Positions 1 through 11,500 of a stretch of 64,000 nt of DNA are shown piece after piece (positions within the stretch are counted from its first letter, which is position 1; each line of letters opens with the position of its first letter). This DNA comes from Klebsormidium nitens (taxonomy: Eukaryota; Plantae; Klebsormidiophyceae). The translations under genes were made by a program, and so were the position numbers. Where the stretch lies: contig DF237237.1 of the NCBI GenBank assembly GCA_000708835.1, positions 1 through 64,000 on the forward strand, in the 5' to 3' direction. Below the pieces are notes generated by a model. The model was not told the origin of the DNA and searched no databases. It saw nothing but the letters and a program-made list of their open reading frames with translations.

Positions 1-1936
1 CAGCGTTGAAACCCGTCCAACCGTCACACCCGCATGGCCGCCGGCCGCGCCCGGTTGACTGCGCTCAGCTGAACCTCTCAGCAACGAGTCCAAGACGCGC
101 AAGCTTCTCCACATAGGGCCACCAGGCCAAGAAAACGCTTCCCGGCGCACCCCCGGCGCGGAGGCTTTCAACCACGTTGGGGAAAGACATGCATGGCCCA
201 CGTTTTGAGCGGCAGACCGTACGCGCGACATCGGCCTCCAGTGCTGCATTCATGAGCACTTAAAACAAGGACGTCCGGCACTAGCAATGCCAGCCTCCAT
301 CATTGGCATCGTTGACGTCACGCTGAACTTGGAAGATCGGGGCTAGGGCCCGGCGGCCGACCGGGGTGCTCTTGATCGACAATGGCATCATACTGAGCTC
401 AGGGGGATGAACCTTGGAGCCGCTCAAGCTCGTTGGGGCCGTTTGTGGTAGCCTAATATTCTAATATAGGGGGTTTGGGAATTGCTCCTAGCTGGCCTGG
501 TTTCATGCGCTGTGGTACTGTGGGGCGGGTTCGGGACCGTCCGACCGGCACCTTGGGTGAAAGATAGGTTGCATTGGCCCGAAAGAGGCCGGCCTAGGGA
601 GAGAGCCTAGGGGCCAGTTATGCTGAGGATTGTGAATCGTGATTCATTGCGGCCGACCTTCCGCAACGAACGCCGGACTGAGTTTCGTTTAGCTAGACAA
701 TCGTGGGACCGGGGGCGTGGCCCTTGGCAGGGATGCCCAGTATTGCGGGCCGGCGGAGCCCCTCCATATATCTACACATTGGATGGGGCGGGGCCGGCGG
801 GATATCGGTGCCCCGGGCCAACTGCACGCCCTTGCATGTTCAGCAGTTCGTGGGCGGCATGAACGGGTCATGCCATACCATCATTGACTCATCATTGAAT
901 ATACGGCCGTTAATTTCGCCGATCGATCGAAGCTATAGGTGGCTCAAATTTTCCATGTAAGCTAATTACCTAGCGAACGCATAAGAGTTAGAAAGACCAA
1001 CATGAGCAGTATGAGCTAGCTAGTCACTGCCGCGGCCGGCCGGCCAAGCTGCATGTATCATGCATTTTCCACACATATATATATGTATTTTTCCTATGTG
1101 ATTGATTCCAACGGCCTCGTATACGTAAGAAATCGAATGCGCAAAGTTGATCGGTATAGCAATTGCAAATTGCATATACGAACGCACTCGGGCTCCCCAC
1201 GGGCCCAATGGAGAACTAATTGTGGGGTTTGGTTTGCATGTTGCCCGGCCATGCCAGGAACTTGTTCAACACCCGGCCCGGCCCGGTTACAAGTGAACTA
1301 TTTATGGGGAACAATTCCCCATGATATCTACAAGTCAATTGCTATATGCGGCTATTTGCATAAACTACAATTGCAGTCCAAATCAAAATTACATTAATTG
1401 AGCGATTCAGTCGGGCATACAATGAACTCCGAACTCGTACCAACTTGTGTCCGGTTAGCAGTGGATACGCCTGACAGGCTTACAACAGGTTATGCCCGCT
1501 ATATGCGGTAAACTATAGTAATTTAGCTCAAGATACCCTGCATTCGCAACTAGTGCGCACATGGCAGTTCTGCCTTAACCCTCGGGTTATGTCGGTCAGA
1601 ATATCCTTATGAATAAACAAGTCATCTTAGAGATGCAGCGCAAGCAAGTACTTAGTACGGCATAAACAGCAGCGGACAGAACCAGAGTGCAAAACATCCA
1701 TTTAATCTCACCTCAAGATCTTGGACATTCCAGTATTCAAAAATCACCTAGGTTGAGCTTCTTATGATGTGCTACAATTCAAAGTTTCCCTAATATCATG
1801 GTTTCTAAATAGCGTCACCTTAGATGCGGTCCCCCACGTCCTACCTTGACAATTCAGGCCGACAATGGCCAATGATGCGACTCAAATTCACCTTGCTCAC
1901 AAGTACATAGCCAACTGAGATACTACCCTTGCCTGA

Positions 1937-4004
1937 TCATAAGCTTTTGAGCTTGGCAATTGACCTCCTTGATGAGCCATATTTTTGAACGTAGAAATTC
2001 GCGAACAGTGCAAAGAGGCTTATCATGTAATAGAATAAGACCTACAAGAAACAAATGTATTTCGTTGGCTGTTCCCCATCCAGCCGAATTTGCAGATTGG
2101 ATAGCGAGGGCTTGCAAAGCTGATTCTCATTGTTCTCGAGCAAGGCAACTCTTTCCGAGAATGGTTCTGCAATACATGGATAGATAGTGGACACCAAAGA
2201 TGCAAGTGCAACGCTTGATGTGGTGTGCAATACTTACATTTGCAATGAATTGTGGATATGGGGGATTCTTGCCACTGACCACGACCCTTGACTCAATCAT
2301 GTTGATGATGAACTGGGTCATTTGCATCATAGTCAGGTACCTGCAAGCTCAAAAAAAGCTTCAGGCAGGTTGAAAACGTCGGGACAAAAAGATTGGTCAG
2401 GGTTGGACCCACTTATTGCAGCATAAAAGCACAAGACATTCCCTTATGAAAAAGCTTGATGCATGGGGACACAAGACCTCACCTCCCCCACCAGAGGTAC
2501 TTCCTTCTTCTGACTGGGTCCTTCCCAATTGCAGCAGAGAGCAGGTAATACAAGTACATGGCCACATGTACCCACGAATTCAAGGCAGCCGAGAAATAAG
2601 CTGCACGAAAGAAGGGGGTACTTCTTCATTTAGTACCGAAGCTCTGTACAAAGGAGGCAATAGACCTTCTGTTTTGGAGGATGCAAAGGTGCAAGTTGTA
2701 ATGGGGGATATGATGGATAAGAGAGAGTCAAACCCATATTCCTCGCTGTAACGAGCTTGCAGTCTAGACCCGCTGGATTAATCGCGCTGAATCTGCAAAA
2801 CGGCTGCCTTGAACTCGGGGCCTGAGACCAACACTTGGCATGTCCAGCAAGGCTCACCCTCGCCCCCTGGCGCGTGGTAGACGATAAGCCACCAGATGAG
2901 CGCGACAGAGCAGTGGTGGTACACGTGGAGGACGCTGACCTGGCGGGTGTTGCGCTTGAGCAGCATAATGAACTGCACTGAAACAGCGGCGGTGGGAACC
3001 TGACTGCCAAAACCACCCCACAAACTCCATCGCCGGGCATTCATGGGAAGGGGTATGCAGCAGCCTGTAACTGGGCACTCCAGATTGATGTGCACGTTCC
3101 TGACATGCGCTCACGACAACCGAACAAGTTGACCGTCCATTCGCTTGAAAGGACAGCATTTCAGTCCTGTGGTGCTGGGCACTTACTGTGTCGCCAAATT
3201 CGTAGATCTTGGAGATGAAGAAGAGGTAGAGCAAACGTGCCATCTGCAGAGACGTACGGTAATGGTCATGCCTTTGGACGCACTCCCACACACGCATTCT
3301 GACAAATTGGCGCGCAGGTCCAAAAAGCCACTACGAGCATTTGTGCTTCCTTCAACGAACATGTGCAAGCACAGTGGCCCTTGTGGTCTACCCAACACAA
3401 ACACTGGCACTCACCGCCAACTGACTTGGTTCATACCGATTGTGCCAGAGTGAGTACCTGCAAGCACGACATAAGTACATGTTTGGCTGCTACAATAGAT
3501 GAGCAACAGCCTGGCTTCCACGTGCTTCCGGGGCTTGCCACAAACCAGCCCACCACCAGTTGACGAAGCAGCTGAATTTACTAAAGACCCCGAGATCGAC
3601 TTCATGCACCTGCTGATGGCGTCCTCCAATGATGCTGCTTACCTGTTCCTAACTGCCTCTGTGATCAGTCCTCCACCCATGAATGCACTGAGCACAAACA
3701 AGAAGCAGTTGTGCAGAATGATCAGGGTTCTGAGGGGGAAAGGGTCTCTGGCCAGCGGTGCCGCGTTGCTTGAGCGGATCGCCAGCACCCCAAGCGCCAC
3801 TACTGCTAGGTACACTGTGCAGCACAGCACAACAGGGGTGGGGCTGGCTACGAAAGGCAGTGCGGCGGTGGCAGGGCTCAGGACGGGCTGTATGCCACAG
3901 CGCGCAAGCAGCGCAAAAACGCGCGGCGAGATCACTCCATCAAGAGCGCCATACACTGAGTGCAAAGCCAAGCGAACCCCGTCCAAAAGTTCCGAAGGCC
4001 CCAT
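1937..4004 (-). CDS. ELO: ELO/GNS1/SUR4-family fatty-acid elongase, delta-6-elongase type (7 exons)
   Basis: Spliced exons give RYSLWHNRYEPSQLA|MARLLYLFFISKIYEFGDT|FIMLLKRNTRQVSVLHVYHHCSVALIWWLIVYHAPGGE|AYFSAALNSWVHVAMYLYYLL..|YLTMMQMTQF..|VLFYYMISLFALFANFYVQKY..*. This carries the HxxHH box and the KxxEFxDT, NSxVHVxMYxYY and TxxQxxQF motifs, and closely resembles moss PSE1. Start ATG at 4004 is the likely but unproven start. Confidence 0.93.
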
Positions 4005-4532
4005 CGGACCTGAATGCCTCGAGCTGTAATGTATCCACCCTGACCTACATCCAAATATCCTCAGCTTAAACCTGGTTGTAAGAGCTGTTGTAGGACCCTT
4101 TCGCCACCATGAAATGAGGACAAACGACCACTTGCAACCGTCCGCCCCATTGCTCGCCCTGCATTGTGCCGTCAGCAAATCGCTCTGACCACCAAACACT
4201 CGATGCAGATCTGGAATCCTACATGCATGCGGTTCAACTTGAACTCGCTTTGGAATTTAAAATTTGATTTTGATTTGGACTTGCCGGGCCCCCGGGAGCT
4301 TGCATACTTCAACTGAAGGAGGCCCGGCGCCACCCGGGCCGCTGCGCGGCCATATACAGAGAGCCTCTGGGAGAGGGCGCAAACGCCCATGTACCGTACC
4401 TATAAAACTTGTATCCGACCGGTGCTTCGCTACCGGTGCTTCCGATAATCTCATTTCATGCGCAGATCTCGAGACGGTGCTACCTACCTACTACGGTACT
4501 ACCTATCACTAGGCTCTAGCTGCTAGCAGGCA

Positions 4533-4561
4533 CAAAGTTGACGAACAAAATTTGGGAAAAT
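4533..4561 (+). repeat. Left outer terminal inverted repeat
   Basis: caaagttgacgaacaaaatttgggaaaat versus the reverse complement of 18355-18384, caaagttgacgaataaacgttgggagaaat. Confidence 0.8.
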
Positions 4562-4925
4562 CGCCCTTCGTTGGACGGCGATAAAGTGCTCGGTTAAGAC
4601 CAAACCGCACGAAAACCCTAAGGTCAGTGGCTCAGCCGTTAGTAGGAACCCTAATCGGAGAGCATTCACAGGGAAGGGACGCGACAAAAGGTAGTGCCTT
4701 AAAGTGGGCGTCCTGTGACCCGTAACGCCTGACGTCAAAAAGCGACATCAGAGTGGATATTCAAGCTTGCCGTCGCCGACAAAATACGTCAGCAGGTCCT
4801 GTCGCGGCGACTGCAAAGCAGATCTGGTACTTGTTGTGTCGCTGCAGTTCGCGGCGACCTGACGCCCTCTTTAACCCTAACATAGGTACCAGATCAGTGC
4901 TTTGTGACCTAACCCTAAGGTCACC

Positions 4926-4958
4926 TACAGCTCTTTCCGAGCAACCGCCTAGGTTTAG
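4926..4958 (+). repeat. Left inner (subterminal) inverted repeat
   Basis: tacagctctttccgagcaaccgcctaggtttag; its reverse complement matches 18222-18254 with 2 mismatches. Confidence 0.85.
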
Positions 4959-5420
4959 TGACTACTTCTACTAGTCTAAATTTCGTCTAATTGTGACTAA
5001 TCGCGTCGGAGGTCTCTAAATTAGAACTAGGCTACAGCCTTGCGCGGTCCAATGGTAACCGCCAGGGGTCGCCAGTGACACTGAGAGTCGGACTGCACCC
5101 AGGGCCAGGGCTTCCTGCTGACTTCATGAGGAGAGGAGGCTGGCGACGAGCAGAATTGGGGCGCCCGGAAAGAAGCATTTGGACGGGCGGCAGCCCAAGG
5201 ATGATAGCCCTCACACCTCAGTTCAGCTGCAGCTTCCACGTGATTTAGCAGCATTCAGCATGCCGCTACCTACAGTCTTGCAGCATGCAGCTTGGTTGCC
5301 TGCTCAATCATCCGGTGAGCTGCAGAACATTGGAGCTCTGGTCAGTCGGCTCCTCCTATCTTCCTTCCAGCAATTGGCTTTACTGATTTGTAGACCGCCT
5401 TAGGGCCTTCAATCAGCAGC

Positions 5421-7595
5421 ATGGCACCGCTCCCTGGTGAAACCAGGGGTGAGGACCCTCGCTGCCAGGAAAGGCGGCGCACCAACAGATTCTCTGGCGA
5501 CTACAAGCCAGGAAAGCATTATGACATTGAGATGAGGCAGAGAATTGTTCAGGCATATAAGGTTAGGGCAGCTGAAATGGGTGAGGAGCGGCCTCATGGT
5601 GTGATGGCTGAGCTGGCGCGCGAGTTTGAAGTGGATCCAACCACAGTAAAAAAGTATGTCGTTCGTTATGAGGAGAGAAAAACCCTCAGCCACTAGCAAA
5701 AGGCACCACCAACTACAGCAAGGTTGAGCTGGCCCATCTGCTCTTTCTAGAAAAATTCTTAGAGCGCGACACGACTCGTTATATCTGGGAGCTGCGAGCG
5801 CTTATGGCGCAAACCTTGGAAGGCAGGGTGGAGCAACCATGGATCTCAGAGACATCGATTTGGCGCATTATGAAGGAGCAGCTGGGACTCTCTCACAAGA
5901 AGGTGAGGTTTGTATCCTGCTTCTCTTGCGCTTTGCACCATCAGCTTGTCAATTTGGATCCGCACAGGATGAGTTTGGGACTTTAGAAAAAGCTCCAGAA
6001 GTGCTTCATTGTCTCTATGTTTCAGAAGGTCCCCGCACAGCATCAAGCTTGTCTGGTGGGTTAGTCCCACCAGCTGACAGAGCAGTCGGTCACCGCTTTC
6101 CACGTTCTGGAAAGAATCTGCTTTGGTGTTTTCAGTTTGTCCGTCTTGAATTAAAAGGGTCGCTCAATAGCTCATTGATTCCAGGCAGCCAGTACTACTT
6201 CATAGTCCTTAAGTTGGGGCAGCGGCATGGTGTTTTATTGGTCCAAAGAACTGTGACTCATTGGACATGCGTTGGCAGTGGCTGACCTCTGAGTCGTTTT
6301 AAAATCATGTTGGGGCATCCGCTGCTGCAGCTTAGTCTCATTGCGTCCCAGCAAATGACAGCTGAGAACGAGGCGCGGCGGGAAGCGTACCTAGCGGAGG
6401 CCCTGCAGGTGCCCGCTGAGGAGATCCTCGTTGCGGACGAGACGGCGTTCAGTTATAACAACGGCCTCAGGCGCTATGGGTGGGCGCCCGCGCACGGGGA
6501 GACGCGGGCAGTGGACATCCGACCAAAGGTCTTCTGCCCTAATCACTCGGTGAGCGAGACGAACAATTCCGTGTCTGAGAGTTGGGTTGCTTCTCGGGGT
6601 TCAGGAACACCTTCAGGATCATCGATCGGATTCTAGATCAGTGGGGCGGGTGCTTGTCCGAGTTCAGAAAACACTCCCATGATTACTCAGCTTGCTCCGT
6701 TGTCTGGCTGAGCGGTAGTACTGGCAATCGTCAGACAAGATGTTGAGAGGGAGGTTGGGCGGCATAGGCCAGATCCTGAATGACTTAAAGAATATGCACT
6801 GGTCAAACCTGCAGTGCATCGGTGTCTTATCTACGGAGGGCTTCGAACACGTTTCAATCAAGAAAGGGGCTGTCGACGGCGAGGACTGGTGGGAATTCAT
6901 CTGCCAGTGCGAGCCAATCTTTGCCAGTGGGAAATTCAAGCTCTTTGTTGCGGACAACGCCAGCGTGCATAAGCGCATGGAGGAGCTGGTGCGGGTAAGT
7001 GCAGCTTCGAGAGCTCGCCATGTGTCTCGTGATCTGAGCTGACTGCAACCAGATTTGAAGGCTCGCTTTGCACATAGCTTCCCCGTATGTGATTCTTTGG
7101 TGGCAGTTCCTGCAATCGACTCTGGACTTGTCACTCAAGCTGGGAAAGTGCGAGCTTAACCCATGTCACATCGACCTGAAAAGAGTTCACGGTCCTCTCA
7201 TGCAGCACTTACTTCAAGAGTACGGCATCAAACTACTTTACCTGCCTGCCTACTCCCCAGGTATAATCGACATTGTCTTCGTGGGCAATGCTTCTCAGTT
7301 GCTTCTCAGTGGCACGTGAGTTGTTTCTCGCCTTCGAAAAGCCCTTCCTGCATGACATCGCTTTCTGCTTTTGGATGAAGAAAGGTGATAGCGCAACGTG
7401 ATGAACGTTGTGACAGGCTCCAACTTTGCGTATGCAGACCTGAGCCCCATTGAGGAGGCCTTCAGCAAAGTCAAAGTAGTGGCCCAGGATGGGCGGGAGG
7501 ACGTTCGGCGCGACATGGAGTCGCATATTGTGCGGGGATTTGGAAGCGTGACTCCCGACGATGCTCGAGGTTACTTTAGATTGTATACTCGATGA
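5421..7595 (+). pseudogene. IS630/Tc1-like DDE transposase, 5 exons, with a frameshift near 5690
   Basis: N-terminal HTH (LAREFEVDPTTVKKYV), second HTH (ISETSIWRIMKEQLGLSHKK|LSLIASQQ), VADETAF (first D), RRYGWAP, FVADNASVH (second D) and LLYLPAYSP|DLSPIEEAFSKVK (E). The first frame stops at 5694-5696 and the protein continues in the -1 frame (PLAKGTTNYSK). Confidence 0.92.
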
Positions 7596-8536
7596 TAATG
7601 CTAGCATTACTGCCCTCAATTGGATCAAGAAGCTCAAGTAATTATAGTTTTGGCTCGCATGTGCTCAATTCGGGTTGAAGTGAGCTCTCGGCAATCTTTC
7701 AGGCTTTACCAACTTGTCGATGATTGTACGTTGAAGTTTAGAGTGTCACTATCCAACCGGCTCAGGCTTTGCGCAAACCTAGTATTGCCAGTCAGTACGT
7801 TAGTCAGTAAATTGTTGCAGTCAAAGATTATCCGAGAAGCTTGCGCCCGCGTGGCTAGCCGAGGATTAGCGCGTCCTCGCTCTGCATGTTGCGCATGCAC
7901 CAGAAGCATTGGAAACATGCATGATGCCCTGTGACTTCAGAGTGCAATCACTATAGTATATATGGCCGCCCGCATGACGTCTTCATGTGATATTTATTGT
8001 TATTAATTTTGAGCGCAAAGCTTTAATATGACATACTAACGGAAGTTCGATCTGATGCCCGACCTTTACTAGAAGCATGCGCAACTACTATCATGCCTCA
8101 CTACGTACATACGCATTGCATGCGATCGAATCAATTCGAGGAGGCAGGCCGGATGGAAAGCGCGCGGGGCGCGGCGGCAATGCTTGCTACAAAAGTCGGA
8201 CCAGTCACTTGTGCATGCAAGGTCATAGTAGTCGGAAGTTCGTCCATCATCACAGTCGATGGGCTCTGCTTGACGTCACCATGAGCTGGTTGCTATTTTC
8301 CAGGGCCTGCAAAAAGTAGACATGAGCTGCGTTTGATCGTCGGAACAGCTTCAGTACAAAACATGTGGCACAGCAGCTTCGACCCGGCGCCCGCGACTGT
8401 AACCTTAATGCAAGTGAAGCTGAGTAACATTTATCAAGTTCGACCTTCGTTTGACCGTTGAAACTTGATAAAGAGGCTGGATATTGTGGACAGATTCAAA
8501 TTGTTTCGACACTGCTTTTAACTCAGTGGACTTAGT

Positions 8537-11500
8537 TCACTTGCATGAGACCAGCCTAATCTGGAATGCTTGATTTGAGGAGGCATGAATCCAAACGTCA
8601 TTTGCTGCATGCCGGGCCAAGCTGGCCCTTACCTCAAGAACCTTCTTGAAGAATTGGACGGAGCAGCCACTCAACCACTCGCCTCTCGCCCGGAGCTCTT
8701 GGACCAAGCAGCGCAAGGTGATCTCCGGAAGCCCCTTATTGTCCTTGAATAACCTCAAGATCGAATATGTGAGAGCTCTCTCCCTGCAAAGGTCGGTTGA
8801 TCACTTGTATCAGATCGATTGAACTTGGGCCATGGCTATAAACTGCCATCAGAGCTGACCAGTCGCCCCGGCTTAATACGAGTGGAGCTTGAGCAAAGGT
8901 CGTTGTGCACTTGATTGGCAATGCAGTTTAGGGTCTGGAGTCCGTTTGGGCTCACATTTCGTAGGACGGTGGACTATCGTCCTCCTCCTCCTCTGCGTCA
9001 TCGTAACCAGGCACTTTGGGGTCTTTCTCTCGGTCATTGTACCGCCAGATCTCTGTTGCCACATTAGTACTCACCAACGCAGAGTCCTTCTTCCTCACGA
9101 GCTGTACATGAACGAGATTCACGCAACTGCCATTGGTACGTCATTCAGCCAGCATGTATGCTCTGCTTCAAGTTCAACGCTCACAAAGACCTTGCGCGCT
9201 CACTGTAACTGCTACCATTGTTCAAAGTGCCATACCAAGTGAAACCGTGGCAATTCATATGGCTGCTTACGGTACGGTTGAACAGTGAGTACCTTCTTGT
9301 GGAACCGTAGCAGAAAAGAATGACTGTTCATCCGGAAACAACAACGGAAAAGTCGGGAAGTGATGCGTTTCCTAATGATTGCCAGTATCCGCAAAACAGT
9401 AGTGCTTATTGGCTCATTCGACACTTAATCAGGCCACGCCAAACTTGCAGACAACGTCCCAACGGCGACCTCGAAGAAGCTTACAGCTCAAGAAGCAGCT
9501 CGAAAAGCCTTACAATTGTTTCGTTGTAGTAGCTGCCATCAGCGGGATCCTTTTTGATGGAGATGTCTGTTACTTTCATGTCCACATAGCTGCAAACAGG
9601 AAATCGAAAGGGATTGATGCCTTTCAGCAGTGCTACTTTTGGATTTTCAGCAGATTCGAAAATGTTCACTGTTGAGATACTTACAGGCTTCGTCGACTAG
9701 AAATAGAAGATCAAGCAATTGCACAGCAGTTTTCGGAAGGACGCAATCAAGAAGCGAATTAGTACGTTGTTGAAAAGATGGATCGACGGCCTTACAACTG
9801 GCGCTTTCTATCGAAAAGCTCCACTTTCTCTCCAACGGCCGGGCTCAGAGGGACTGGCGGATGCACAATCGTGTCCGGCCCCTGCCAAAAGAATGGTACA
9901 TTAACTTGTCAATCAGATTGTCAGTATCTAAAAAGCTTCTTTTACTAACCGCTTCTACAATTGTGCTGGTTCATGGGAGACAACTAGAGCTCGCTTACCA
10001 TACGGTAAAACAGGATTCCAAACCAATTGGCAATGGAAATCTTGTGAAAGGGAGAGGTGCTGACCAGTGAATCAGTGAGACGAGTTGAGCTAGGTGCTAA
10101 AATCATCGGCGAAATTTACCAGGCTTACCTGAATCGAAGCTTCGAGAGCAACTCGTGCAGATGTTGACAGCCAACCGCAGACTCCAAAAGTCTTTGATAA
10201 GCTCCTGTAAGAATAGGAAATAGGAGCTCAGGTGGACTCGAAAAGGTTGTCTTCATGCCGGTCAGCGTATCTGAGCAAACCCAATTTTGGGATCCTGATG
10301 CATTTGATCCCGATGAGAGGCAAATGGTTGCTCAAACAGGTTTCGAAAAGGTAGTACGATACGAAAGAAACACAGATTTTCAGTGCTCGAATCTGCAAGA
10401 GTGAATACTCTTTGCCAACTGCGACCTACTCCCAAGAGCTCGCCTCCTCGCCGTGATCATCAGTTAGAATGCTCTCCACAGTGTCAGCAACTCAGAATCG
10501 CTCATCAGTCCCTCTATGAGGCCACCTTTTTGCAAGTCTGCTGTGCGGAGGAGGAATCTGCCTGGTAGACAAAAGACTGAATAGATTCAAGAGATTGCTT
10601 GCGAATGCGAATCATACCGGCACATTGGATATGGCACTGATGAATGAAGAACAACAAGAGTCAAAACTGGAGGTGCTTCATATTCAATTACATGCCAGAT
10701 CATTGAGAGTTCCAAGAGCCAAGGGGCTCAAAGGCAGTTCGAAGGTATACATATTCGGCTCACCTATAGCAGAAGCTTCAAGAGCTTCGATGTCCTCAGC
10801 CGCTCCCGAATTGGAAGCCTTGTAGAATCTTTGAATAAAGGACCAGTATGACCGCTTGCTGCAAAAGCGTTCCGAAGTACTGTGCATAAGATCGAGTGAC
10901 CTGAAGCAACTTAGGGATTCTAAAATGTTCTTGTAGATCTGCAGCCTATTGTCAGAACAAAGTATCAACCTTCCAAAGTTTTCAACTGAAAGTTGATGAG
11001 TTATGCTCACGTGATGGGAGGCCGCTCTCGTTGGTCGGGGTTTTCTTGGTGGTCGGACTGGCCAGCGTGTTCAGCAGGACCGTTTGTTGGTGGAGGAGCG
11101 CCATCGACTTTTGCTGCTGCTGCAACATATGCACGAGATTGAGTTCAATTACCAAGTCAGACAAATTCAAGCCTTTGATCGCAGAGCCTGCAGTCGACAT
11201 CCTTACTTTAAACTTGGACTTCAAAATTCATGTCAGATATCAAAATTACAACAGCCCCTCGAGCGAGTTTTGATCAGAGACCGTGTCTCAGTAGGTCGAA
11301 GTCGAACCAGGGCGACTGACCGACTTCGAGCAGACAGACTCTGATTGAAATAATCTGAGATGGGTCAGCACTGACGCAAAACAAATTACATGTCATTTGA
11401 TTGGACATTACCTTGAGATGGACCCTCCTCGGGAAACACTGAGCGTCGAGTGTAAGCAACGGTGCCTGGTCTTCCATGTAAGACCTGTACGCTCTTTTGA

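Noticed and set aside
65-460. Short minus-strand ORF (ALEADVARTVCRSK..) at the window start
   Set aside because: No recognisable motif and no consistent exon chain.
940-1210. Possible Helitron 3-prime end (GGCCGGCCGGCC hairpin then CTAG on the minus strand); similar ATGCAT-rich tracts at 7900-8330, 30080-30570 and 38930-39310
   Set aside because: CTAG is not followed by T, no 5-prime TC end was found, and I could not show direct homology among the tracts.
8040-8070. GTTCGA T-loop-like motifs here and at ~12633, 41048, 44544 and 49296
   Set aside because: No cloverleaf, acceptor stem or A-box, so these are not tRNA genes.
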